Assembly (NCBI GenBank): GCA_032718475.1
Contig: JAUCBJ010002018.1
Location: 1-52,133 of the forward strand
Reading direction: 5' to 3'
Source of the DNA: Nemertoderma westbladi
Taxonomy: Eukaryota; Animalia; Xenacoelomorpha
Length of the DNA stretch: 52,133 nucleotides
Positions 1-14,000 of the stretch are shown piece after piece (position 1 is the stretch's first letter; each line of letters opens with the position of its first letter). The notes below the pieces were generated by a model that was given only the letters and a program-made list of their open reading frames with translations, did no database searches and was not told where the DNA came from. A program made the position numbers and the translations under genes.

Positions 1-553
1 GGCAGAGCTAAGTAACAGATGTTAGCAGAGTCAGAGCTAAGTAACATATGTTAGCAGAGTCAGAGATAAGTAACAGATGTTAGCAGAGGCAGAGCTAAGT
101 AACAGATGTTAGCAGAGGCAGAGCTAAGTAACAGATGTTAGCAGAGTCAAAGCTAAGTAACAGGTATTAGCAGAGTCAGAGCTAAGTAACAGATGTTAGC
201 AGAGTCAGAGCTAAGTAACAGATGTTAGCAGAGCTAAGTAACAGATGTTAGCAGAGTCAGAGCTAAGTAACAGATGTTAGCAGAGTCAGAGCTAAGTAAC
301 ATATGTTAGCAGAGTCAGAGCTAAGTAACAGATGTTAGTAGAGTCAGAGCTAAGTAACAGATGTTAGCAGAGTCAGAGCTAAGTAACAGATGTTAGCAGA
401 GGCAGAGCTAAGTAACAGATGTTACCAGAGCTAAGTAACAGATGTTAGCAGAGGCAGAGCTAAGTAACAGATGTTACCAGAGCTAAGTAACAGATGTTAG
501 CAGAGACAGAGCTAAGTAACAGATGTTACCAGAGCTAAGCAACAGATGTTAGC
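1..553. repeat. Tandem array, 29-bp unit CTAAGTAACAGATGTTAGCAGAGTCAGAG with 23-bp deletion variants, about 20 copies, truncated by the window edge
   Basis: The unit is read directly from the sequence. It has an internal dyad TAACA-GA-TGTTA. Confidence 0.95.
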
Positions 554-2007
554 AAAAAATATTTCATCGTTAAACCCGAGCGTCTTGGGGATTTAAAAAA
601 GTATAAAACATTATTGTATCTTTTAACAATGACGTGACTCTTGCTAGGTTCTCCAGACAATGTTAAAACATGGTGATAAATAATATTACATACGCATGTA
701 CTATAAAATGTACACCGTATAATATTTAATCGATAATTAGTAATAAATACTGTTTGTCTCGTGACCAAATAAATTACGATTATATTGATGTTTTTAATAT
801 TTGAGGTATTTAGAAAGGTCTACTTAACAAGCAAGCGACGATAGTACGTTAATAAAACAATTATTTATAATATTAAATGATTGTTAATAATTAAGAAATG
901 TTTTCTAAAAACTACAATAGAAATAAGTCACGGATTTAACGGCAGGAACAATAATAGGTAAGTCGATATCGAATGCAAAGAAATAGAACCGGTAATAAGT
1001 TCTGTTTGTACATCATGTTATAATATATTGAGAGGTGTTGCATTCTAGAACTCCACCCACTCCTGTGTGGTGTTGTAGACAGGTTAGTAAAGGAACACGG
1101 GAGACGGGTTGGGTTGATCGCATTGGAGAATATTACCATATGGTAAAATCCAATGGATGGGGGGGGGGGGGGGGGGGGGGGTCTATAATGCAACACCGGT
1201 TTATGATTTGAAAGGTCCTGTTTCGTTCATTTGTATCGACAATATCTATTGTCGACTATTATCTATTGTGTGATACAAAAGAAGGAACTAGCAAACAAAA
1301 AGAAAACAAACATTTCAAAAAGATTGTGTTGTTTCTCTACGAATCTATAATATAATAAACAGTACAACAGCTTTGGAGCGGTTACTAATAATTATTATTA
1401 TAAGAAAATTGTCAAGTACACTCAATATTATTTATATCTAAGAAAAGCGATTTAAAATATAAATTCATTAATAAAATATCAGAATAATATTCAACCGATC
1501 TAAATATGTTACATGACAAATCTCGCTTGTTGTAACAATGATATAAATAATAAATTGTAAAAGCAAAAAAAAATGCAAGAGTTTCGCCTATGGAAGAATA
1601 AATGCTTGTTAGTTGCGAATTATGATGTACTACCTAAACACGTCGTTCCCCCGCAAATCCCTGCATAATTCCTGCATAATAATTATAAATATATTATACT
1701 GATTACAATAATTAGCTGACGCCACTGATGAGGTGCCCCGACTTGTAGTGCCAAAGTGACACCCAATGTGTGTGCGCGCGGTGAAACACCATAGACTGGC
1801 ATACCTGACTAAATGTAAACGCGGCAAACACGGCATAATAATGTGAAATAAAGCAGCACAAAACCCACAGGCGGCAAGTAAACCAGTATAATGTAGACCT
1901 AGACAGTTGATGTTCTTGGCTAAAAACTGCGGGCAGTTTCAACTGCATTGGTCAACCAATTGCTCTTGTTCTACTGCACCTTCGTGATGACGTCATAGTT
2001 CCCCGGG

Positions 2008-2077
2008 TCACCGGTTCTTTAATTTTGCGAGTCCCTTCTCTACCGCCTTTTGAAGCTCAACTTCTTCCATTCTTTCT
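2008..2077 (-). CDS. Mical: MICAL-family gene, terminal coding exon (ERMEEVELQKAVEKGLAKLKNR*)
   Basis: Acceptor ttttttag, phase 2 matching the previous exon, TGA at 2008-2010. Confidence 0.8.
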
Positions 2078-5000
2078 CTAAAAAAAGTCAAATTTTTACA
2101 GAGAAACCTACATAACAGGACAAACAACACTGAACTATTAATTCTCTACTATACTTGTATCTCATATCTTCCAAAAGGGTCTCCAGATATTTACTTACTT
2201 GGACCTCGGCACTTCCAGAACTATTACTACTACTACTATCGGCATGCTGCATTACAGTTGCATTATATATATATATATTACAATTATATTAAGAATGCTG
2301 TGCCGGCTTGTCGACAAAATTGCGCCGCCTTCAAGACCAGTGTGAGGCGTCTCAACAAAGTCATGGGCTGTCCACCGTGCTTATTCACTCCATGAGACCG
2401 CCAAATCACAAGATTATTCACAGGCTGGTCCTCACGGCGAAAGCAATGTCCTGCAAAGCGGAGGCGGCTCCGTTCAAGTGTCAAGCTAGGGGGAACCAAT
2501 GAGACACCTCCAATGTTATATAGTGTCTGATTGGAGATATGTTCAATGTATTCAACACAATTTACCCGGCGCAGCATTCGTGTATAAGTGCCATCCAGTG
2601 ATTTGGTATCCTCTGTAGTTAGAGCCCAGCATGGACTCCCATGTAGGAGCACTGGTTCTACTGTAAGGATCTGTTTTATTATATGGCACTTCCAAATCCT
2701 GGACAGACTATTCAATGTTGCCCATGCCTTCCCCTTACGTATCCGAAGGTCTTCCTGACTTGATATCTACTTACTGGGATCTCATCTCTTCCAGAAGGGT
2801 CTCAAGTTGATCTCTACTCTCTATAACTTGCACCATTTGCTGTAGCATTTTCTTTTCTACCTCAAGCTCGCTCGGTGTTTTGCTGCTTTCTGCGAAGGAA
2901 GTAAATTAATAAGAGCGTATTATTTTGAGCCTACAAATTCGAGGATTCTACGTTTCGCAAGCCAACATGAACAAAAAATTCAGAAATAGAATGTGGCACA
3001 TGGTGTCCTCACGTGGCACTGTGGTGGAACTGAAAACACTGATGTGAACAGTGGATACAGCCGCGGATGTTGCTCCAGCTGCTACTGAACCATAAACATA
3101 AAGTTTCACTAACCATCGAGTTTCATTTTGCTTCGGTATTCGACCTGCAACCGGCAATGTTGATCCTCCAACTCGACCTTCTGGGCTTGGATTATCAGGT
3201 TCGATTCCCGTCGAAGCAAACTGTTCCTTTCGTTGATTAAATCAAACCATTGCTGCAACAAATTATTTTCTAACTCCTCTCGTCCAGTAAAGTTACCTGC
3301 ACAAAATAATTTAGTTAATTTTTACAAAACGATTGATTGGTACTGTACATCAGTTGGCCTACATTATCTTAACCAATTCATGTTGTACATCAGTTGGCCC
3401 TACCTTCTCTCAATCTCCTTTCAACTTCTACCCCCTTAGACTCGACTTCATGTTGTTTAACTTCTATTTCTTCCAGTTCGCGTTGGATCTCCTGGGCGTT
3501 CCGCAGTCGTCGTAGTTCCTCCTGGCGTAGAACGCGTTCAACTGCGAAGTGAACGCGCTTCGATAAACGCTCAGAAAGTTCGTCCTCGCTCTGGACTGGA
3601 GACTAAAAAAACATTAGAGATATTGTAATATAAATAATTAACACTCCACAATACTTTACGGTACGTATTATTTATTTACGCAGCGAAGCGAAGGCAGTTA
3701 GTCTTTCGATGTAAACCAATGAAGTGAATTGACACCATATTGATATAAATGTATCAAACATCACATAATGTATTATAATACAATGACTTAGTTCTGAGTG
3801 AAGAAGGCCACACCACAAACCATCTAACCTTTGTTATAGGCCTGCTCTGAGGTCCAGTGAATGCCGACCCCGGTTCATCTCTTTTCTCTCTCTTTGACTT
3901 TTTCACTTTGTTGATTACGGCTCGGAAAGGCGATTTCGATCTAAAAAATATTAAGTATTCTAATTTTTCAAATAATGGCTATAAAAGCTAAACAAAGGAA
4001 TATAATAATGTGTAATAGAATATGGTGACGTAGTTAACATGTTCTATGTATCTATGTATCATGATACACCCACACGGTAGCACATCGATACACGGTAGCA
4101 CATCGATACACGGTAGCACATTGATACACGGTAGCACATTGATACAGGGTAGCACATTGATACACAACTGAACGATACACGGTAGCACATTGAAACACAA
4201 CTACACGTTACACGGTAGCACATTGATACACAACTGCACAATATACGGTAGCACATTGATACACAACTGAACGATACAGGGTAGCACATTGATACCGATC
4301 TGCACCTTACAAGGTAGCACAGTGATACACAACTGATCGATACAGGGTAGCACATTGACACACAACTGCACGACACACGGTAGCACATTGATAAACAACT
4401 GCACGTTACACGGTAGCACATTGATACACAACTGAACGATACAGGGTAGCACATTGACACACAACTGCACGATACACGGTAGCACATTGATACACAACTG
4501 CACGATACACGGTAGCACATTGATAAACAACTGCACGTTACACGGTAGCACATTGATACACAACTGCACGATACACAACTGCACGATACACGGTAGCACA
4601 TTGATACACAACTGCACGATACACGGTAGCACATTGATAAACAACTGCACGTTACACGGTAGCACATTGATACACAACTGCACGTTACACGGTAGCACAT
4701 CGAAACACAACTGCACGATACACGGTGGCACATTGATACACAACTGAAAGATACAGGGTAGCACATTGATACACAACTGCACGATATACGGTAGCACATT
4801 GATACACAACTGCACGACACACGGTAGCACATTGATACACAACTGAACGATACAGGGTAGCACATTGATACACAACTGCACGATATACGGTAGCACATTG
4901 ATACACAACTGCACGATACACGGTAGCACATTGATACACAACTGAACGATACAGGGTAGCACATTGATACACAACTGCACGATACACGGTAGCACATTGA

Positions 5001-8000
5001 TAAACAACTGTACGTTACACGGTAGCACATTGATACACAACTGAACGATACAGGGTAGCACATTGATACACAACTGCACGATACACGGTAAGCATATTGA
5101 TATACAACTGCACGATACAGGGTAGCACATTGATACACAACTGAACGATACAGGGTAGCATATTGATACACAACTGAACGATACAGGGTAGCACATTGAT
5201 ACACAACTGCACGATACACGGTAGCACATCGAAACACAACTGCACGATACACGGTAGCACATTGATACACAACTGCACGATACACGGTAGCACATTTATA
5301 CACAACTGCACGATACACGGTAGCACATTTATACACAACTGCACGATACACGGTAGCACATTGATACACAACTGCACGATACACGGTAGCACATTGATAC
5401 ACAACTGCACGATACACGGTAGCACATTGATTAACAACTACACGTTACACGGTAGCACATTGATACACAACTGCACGATACACGGTAGCACATTGATGCA
5501 CAACTGTACGATACACGATAGCACATCGAAACACAACTTTACGATACACGGTAGCACATTGATACACAACTGCACGATACACGGTAGCACATTGATACAC
5601 AACTGCACGATACACGGTAGCACATTGATACACAACAACTGCACGATACACGGTAGCACATTTATACACAACTGCACGATACACGGTAGCACATTGATAC
5701 ACAACTGCACGATACACGGTAGCACATTGATACACAACTGCACGATACACGGTAGCACATTGATAAACAACTACACGTTACACGGTAGCACATTGATACA
5801 GAACTGCACGTTACACAGTAGCACATTGATACACAACTGCACGTTACACGGTAGCACATTGAAACACAACTGCACGATACACGGTAGCACATTGATACAC
5901 AACTGAACGATACAGGGTAGCACATTGATACACAACTGCACGATATACGGTAGCACATTGATACACAACTGCACGATACACGGTAGCACATTGATACACA
6001 ACTGCACGATATACGGTAGCACATTGATAAACAACTGCACGTTACACGGTAGCACATTGATAAACAACTGCACGTTACACAGTAGCACATTGATACACAA
6101 CTGCACGTTACACGGTAGCACATTGAAACACAACTGCACGATACACGGTAGCACATTGATACACAACTGAACGATACAGGGTAGCACATTGATACACAAC
6201 TGCACGATATACGGTAGCACATTGATACACAACTGCACGATACACGGTAGCACATTGATACACAACTGCACGATATACGGTAGCACATTGATAAACAACT
6301 GCACGTTACACGGTAGCACATTGATACACAACTGAACGATACAGGGTAGCACATTGATACACAACTGCACGATATACGGTAGCACATTGATACACAACTG
6401 CACGATACACGGTAGCACATTGATACACAACTGAACAATACACGGTAGCACATTGATAAACAACTGCACGTTACACGGTAGCACATTGATACACAACTGC
6501 ACGATACACGGTAGCACATTGATACACAACTGAACGATACAGGGTAGCACATTGATAAACAACTGCACGTTACACGGTAGCACATTGATACACAACTGCA
6601 CGATACACGGTAGCACATTGATACACAACTGCACGATACACGGTAGCACATTGATAAACAACTGCACGTTACACGGTAGCACATTGATACACAACTGCAC
6701 GATACACGGTAGCACATTGATACACAACTGCACGATACACGGTAGCACAATGATACACGGTTGCACATTGATACACGTTGGCACATTGATACACAACTGC
6801 ACGATACACGGTACACATTGATACACAACTGCACGATACACGGTGCACATTGATACACAACTGAACGATACAGGGTAGCACATAGATAAACAACTGCACG
6901 TTACACGGTAGCACATTGATACACAACTGCACGATACACGGTAGCACATTGATACACAACTGCACGATACACGGTAGCACATTGATAAACAACTGCACGT
7001 TACACGGTAGCACATTGATACCCAACTGAACGATACAGGGTAGCACATTTATACATAACTGAACGATATACGGTAGCACATTGATAAACAACTGCACGTT
7101 ACACGGTAGCACATTGATACACAGCACGATACACGGTAGCACATTGATACACAACTGCACGATACACGGTAGCACATTGATAAACAACTGCACGTTACAC
7201 GGTAGCACATTGATACACAACTGCACGATACACGGTAGCACATTGATACACAACTGCACGATACACGGTAGCACATTGATAAACAACTGCACGTTACACG
7301 GTAGCACATTGATACCCAACTGAACGATACACGGTAGCACATTGATACACAACTGCACGATACACGGTAGCACATTGATACACAACTGCACGATACACGG
7401 TAGCACATTGATAAACAACTGCACGTTACACGGTAGCACATTGATACACGGTTGCACATTGATGCACAACTGCACGATACACGGTAGCACATTGATAAAC
7501 AACTGCACGTTACACGGTAGCACATTGATAAACAACTGCACGTTACACGGTAGCACATTGATACACGGTTGCACATTGATACACAACTGCACGATACACG
7601 GTAGCACATTGATACACAACTGCACGATACACGGTAGCACATTGATAAACAACTGCACGTTACACGGTAGCACATTGATACACAACTGCACGATACACGG
7701 TAGCACATTGATACACAACTGTACGATACACGGTAGCACATTGATAAACAACTGCACGTTACACGGTAGCACATTGATATACAACTGAACGATACAGGGT
7801 AGCACATTGATACACAACTGAACGATACAGGGTAGCACATTGATAAACAACTGCACGTTACACGGTAGCACATTGATACACAACTGCACGATACACGGTA
7901 GCACATTGATACACAACTGGACGATACACGGTAGCACATTGATACACAACTGCACGATACACGGTAGCACATTGATAAACAACTGACGTTACGCGGTAGC

Positions 8001-11000
8001 ACATTGATACACAACTGAACGATACAGGGTAGCACATTGATACACAACTGCACGATACACGGTAGCACATTGATATACAACTGCACGTTACACGGTAGCA
8101 CATTGATACACAACTGCACGATATACGGTATCACACATTGATACACAACTGCACGATACACGGTAGCACATTGATACACAATTGCACGATACACGGTAGC
8201 ACAATGATACACTGTTGCACATTGATACACGGTGGCACATTGATACACAACTGCACGATACACGGTACACATTGATACACAACTGCACGATACACGGTAG
8301 CACATTGATAAACAACTGCGCGTTACACGGTAGCACATTAATACACAACTGAACGATACAGGGTAGCACATTGATACACAACTGCACGATACACGGTAGC
8401 ACAATGATACACGGTAGCACATTGATACACGGTGCCACATTGATACACAACTGCACGATACACGTTAGCACATTGATACACAACTGTACGATACACGGTA
8501 GCACATTGATAAACAACTGCACGTTACACGGTAGCACATTGATATACAACTGAACGATACAGGGTAGCACATTGATACACAACTGCACGATACACTACTA
8601 CTACTAGGATCGGCATGCTGCATTGCAGCTGCATTTTTAAGAATGCTGTGCCGGCTTATCGACAAAATCGCACCGCCACAACTCCCTATCACCCATGACA
8701 TTTGCTAGATCATCCGCATCTTCAAGGCCAGTGTCCTTTAAGATGCGTCTCAAGAAAGTCATGGGTTGTCCACCATGCTTATTCACTCCATGAGGCTGCC
8801 AAAGTACAAGATTATGCACTGGCTGGTCCTCACGGCGAAAGCAATGTCCTGCAAAGCGGAGCCGATTTTGTTCTAGTGTCAAGCTTGGGGGAACCAATGA
8901 GACACCTCCAATGTTATATAGTGTCTGGTTGGAGATGTGTGCATTGTACTTGACACAATGTACCCGGCGTAGCATTCTTGTGAATGTGCCATCCAGAGAT
9001 TTGGTGTCCTCAGCAGTTAGAGCCCAGCATGGACTCCCGTAGAGGAGTACTGGAACTACTGCTGCTCTAAATAATCGGACCTTAAGTTTCCGATTAATTC
9101 TAGGTGACTTCCAAATCCGGGAAAGCCTATTCAAGGCTGCCCATGCCTTTCCCTTACGTATTCGAAGGTCCTCACCTGACTTCCGGATCCATGATCCCAG
9201 GTAACAGAAGTCGTCCACATGCTCAAGCATACCATCCTTTGAGCTTATGCTCATCCGATCAGAGACTTGCTGAGGACTTTCAAAGTTAACTGTCAGAATT
9301 TTGGTCTTTCTGGAGTTAATAAAAAGACCAACACTAGAAGCAGCATGTTCTAATGAGCTGAGGAGCCGCTGGGCTCCCTCTAATGATTCTGAGAGTACTC
9401 CTAAGTCATCAGCAAAGTCTAGATCAGTTAGGTACTTGGCAGGATTTCCTCGACTTCTGGAGCCAGTAGGTGGAGTTATCATCACCCCATCATCATTATG
9501 ATGATCTAAGGACATGCGTAGAACATTACATTACATTTACGTTACACGGTAGCACATTGATATACAACTGAACGATACAGGGTAGCACATTGATACACAA
9601 CTGCACGATACACGGTCTAGCACAATGATACACGGTGGCACATTGATACACAACTGCACGATACACGGTCTAGCACATAATTGTTGACACTTTTAATTAA
9701 TAGAAAATTGTAGGAATTTTGGTTGTTTCGGTAATGTTTAATAAATTCTAATATAATGTCGACAAATATTTAATTAAAAAAACCAATACTGACAGAACAA
9801 GATATTCATAGTTTTTATGGAAGGTTTATCCGTGCAGAATAATTAATAAACGGGATTTTATTGCATAATATTTCATTTATTGTATAATGTATATTATTAT
9901 TTAGAACTTAATAAGACTCAGTTTTTTAAAACGCTTCGCACTGTCCAACTCTCTATAAAGTTCACTATTATTATATAATATTAAATTTTATAATAATTAA
10001 TATTAATTAATTAATTTAAAAATTATTATTTATATTTACCATTTTTTTTATTTGGATAATCATGTCATTGCATCATTATCTTCGGTTTTAGTTTGGTCTA
10101 AGGTTCGTTACCCTTTATCTGATTTTACTGGTACAGATTATATTATTTAAAATACAATTAAAACTAACAACTACCAACATAAATATCATTATTACCTTTG
10201 AGGTTTAACCATTTTGACTTCCTCGCTACTCTTACTGCTGTTACTCTGTCTCCCCAGACTAGCGGAACCTTCGCGCTCCTCCCTGCGACCGCGACTTCTC
10301 TCGCGGCTTCGATCCACCTTCCCTTCCCTCGATCGATCCACAACCATCGGTCGCGATGGCCGATCGTTCTTATCCAATGAGAATCTACGGAGTATCCGCA
10401 TAGGGGACTTCCCGACCCCCGCCGAACTCTTTGATTCCATCGCTAGCAACTGCGCCTTCGGTTTAATCTTTCGCGCGTTCGGAGTAGTAAATACGCCCTT
10501 CTTGAGGTCCGGGTTGGTGACGCTCTTAACAGGAGTTCGTCGTTTCGCGATCTCGTTAATCTGTTTTTGGGCGCGGGACATCGCCTGATTGCGGTAGCGC
10601 GTCGCCTCCTTGGCGGAGACGACCGGATCCCGGGACTCGTCGTCCGTGAGCCGGAGTCGGTCGACCGCGGACGCCGTGCGGACCGCGGAGTCCGCCGGTT
10701 CGGTCGGCGGGCTCGCGTAGACAACGGAAGTCGGACGGTTCCGGTTCCCGTTGGGTCGCGGCCGCTCCAACGAGCCGAACCGCCGTTGGTAGTGAGTCCC
10801 GGAGACTGGCTCCTCCAGCAACGTGTCCACGCGGATGACGTCATCGAGTCGCGAGTTGGTGACGTCATCGAGTCGCGAGTTGGTGACGTCCCCTCTGAGA
10901 CGCCGTCGTTGCTTCACACTCTCTATAACTATGACGTCATCGGGATCGTGGGAAGCCGGGGAGGAGGGAGGGAAGAGCGATAAGTAGTCGGATGGTTGGT

Positions 11001-14000
11001 CCTGTGGGGCGAGACTGGGACTGGATCGCCGGCGTATCGATATCGGAGTGCTGTGCCGGTCCGATTGAGTTCGCGGGATGAACCGAGGTTCGTCCTCTCG
11101 TCTTCCCGAGTCGTACTTCGCCGTCGGTTTCGTCACCTCGATCGGTTCTATAGTGAGAATGTATTTTGCTTCAACATCATCCATATTATCCCCGCCGTAT
11201 ATATTTAGTACATGCTGAAAAATATCGTCGCCGGCCCTGTAAACAATTAAATAGTAATTTAAGATTACTCACTCATGCGTTTCCATGATATTTTCCAACT
11301 CACATTTCTTGGTTTCAATCTAAATCACTTGCAATGTTTATTTGTTTCAATTGCATGACTTGTACTGTTACTGAAACTCGACTATATGTTTCAAATTCAA
11401 ATGTTTCAAATTGTTTCAAATTACACTGTTGCTGAAATTGCTGAAATTCGTTTATTTGTTTTAGTTTCATCACTTACACTATTGCTGAAACTCGTTTATT
11501 TGTTTCAGTTTCATGACTTACATTGTTACCGAAACGCGTTTATTTGTTTCACTTTCACGACTTTCACTGAAACAGAACCTCGTCTATTAGTTTCAGTTTC
11601 ATGTCTTACACTGTTGCTGAAACTCGTTTATTTGTTTCAGTTTCATGACTTACACTGTTGCTGAAACTCGTTTATTTGTTTCAGTTCCATGACATACACA
11701 GAAACTAAACTCGTTTATTTGTTTCCGTTTCATGACTTACACTGTTGCTGAAACTCGTTTATTTGTTTCAGTTTCATGACTTACATACTCATATAAGTAC
11801 TCATACCCATATACTCATATCGTAACATATTTTTCTTTTGATTCCATTTGGTCACTTAGAAATAGGTCCAGCAAACAATACTAACTCTTAATATAATTCT
11901 ATTTTTTAGATAACAATGGTTTCCATCCAGCAATGGTGTTGTGAACCAACAGATGTTTAAGTATTGATAAGTTACAAAAGTAATCAGCATAACATCGCGT
12001 CAGCATGTTATACGACATAATATAATAATTTTCACAAAATATATCATGTTCACTGTGAGTGTCGATGAAAATATGACAGTTCTACGAACCCTACCAGATA
12101 AAGCAACAATTCCCAAATCATATAAATTTAATTGACCCATATATATGCAAGTGAAACAGCGAATTTACCTGGGGACACTTTGGCTTCTTTCCTTCCTCCG
12201 TCTGTTCTTCCGATGGGTGGCCGGGTATTCGTCAACGTCACCAGCTGTCTTACCGTAAACATCAGCCACAACGTCTTCCGCAAACGGTATTCTCCCGGCA
12301 TCGGGGCGACCACGGTTTCTGCCTCCACCAATCACCGTGCTGCCATTCGTAACGGGCAGCTCTGATTGAAGGATAGTTTTCTCGGGCAACAAGGAATTGG
12401 CCTTACTCGCTCGTCTCCTACGGGACACAGCGGTGTCGTAATTCAACAATTCCAGATTGTTGACTTTCCGTGAGGAGATTGACTTCGAGTCGGAGGGTCT
12501 GGAAATCGGAACGGAATTGATTGAGGATGATCGGCTGGTGTCCAACGATAAATCGAGGTTATTGAAAGACCGGGATGAGTCATTGAGGGTGGAAGGAGGC
12601 CTGAGTTGTCTGCAGTCGTCGCTGCTGAGAGACGTGAGACTCAGAGCAGACCGCCACGAATCGTGGTCATCTGTTACATCGAGTTCGCAAGCCGATCCGG
12701 CACTCTGGTTGAGACTGAGAGGAGTCACGTTCGTTAGGTCACTGAGATTGGAGGTGCGCTGGGGAGTGGTGGTAGTCGCATTTAAGGGGACGATGCTAGT
12801 TACTGATACATCAGTTGTTGCGTTCAAGGGCCTCAGGTCAGTTAATGATAAATCAGTCTCAGCCAGGGGCGTGACACCAGTTAATGAGAAATCAGTTTCA
12901 TTCAAGGGCGTGACGTCAGTTAATGATAAATCAGTTTCAGCCAAAGGCGTGACACCAGTTAATGATAAATCAGTTTCAGCCAAGGGAGTGAAACCAGTTA
13001 TTGAAAAGTTCGTGGTTTTCTGAAGAAATGTGTTGGGCGATGACGTTGAAACACAAGATTCCGGATTTTGACCAGAGCCCGATGTTATTCCACTCTCATT
13101 AATCACCCCCGAGCTATCAATGGAATCAAAGAAAACATCTACATTGGATGAGTCGATCGCCATATTTAGGATATCCTCAGTGGATCCATCAGCGGGTTGA
13201 TTGCAATCCAATTCGGATGTATCGAGTGTTTTGTTTAGGGAAGCGCGATCACTGTCGGATGTAGCATTGGAATGCACAGGTGTCCCCGAGCAGCTCAACG
13301 CATCTGTTGTGTTGTCAACAACAGTTACATTTACCTCTGGAGTGGAGGATCCAGAATATAACGCTATATTGTTGTTTTGTTTTAACGGAAATGTTTCCTT
13401 TGATGCGATATCAATAGGATCAGCCTTGGGAATATTGTTCGTTGGAACTACTGGTGTGGTCGGCGACGTAGATTCTGGAGATGTTTCGATGAAGGCTTTA
13501 TCTAAGTCACTGTTAGTAGCAACGCTATCCGATTCGGTAGTCGACGATTTGCTCTCGTCTTTCGGCAATCCAGCCCACTCATCGGTCGGAGATGTGGTTC
13601 CCGATTCCAGAGGAGTTCCATCGCATACCCCCTTGTTTTCTTCAGTATTTAAAGTTTTGGAATCTTCTTCACTATTTAAAACCAACTTCGATTGTTTGTC
13701 GACATTAACATCATCTATTAATAATCCCGTATTAGAATCGTTATTGTTGAACGAAGATGTTCGGGCGGTGTGGAAACTATCGACGGTTTCGCTCCTCGTC
13801 CTGGTAGAATCGTCAACAACGGTTTCGACATCCTCTCCGGGCACTGCGTTAGTAGATTTACCAACGGGAAGACAAGCTGCGTCGATGTCAGAAGGGATGG
13901 AATGGAACCCAGAACTTACAATGTCACTATCAAAGGCGCAAGGATTGTCTGCCAAGTCTTCACGTGAGAACTTCGCACCTTCAGTTACAATTTCTCCTGT

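Noticed and set aside
3988-8701. Long Cys- or His-rich ORFs such as (CINVLPCIVQL)n and (HNCTIHGSTLI)n
   Set aside because: They are translations of a 33-bp repeat, open in many frames on both strands and broken by frameshifts and a LINE.
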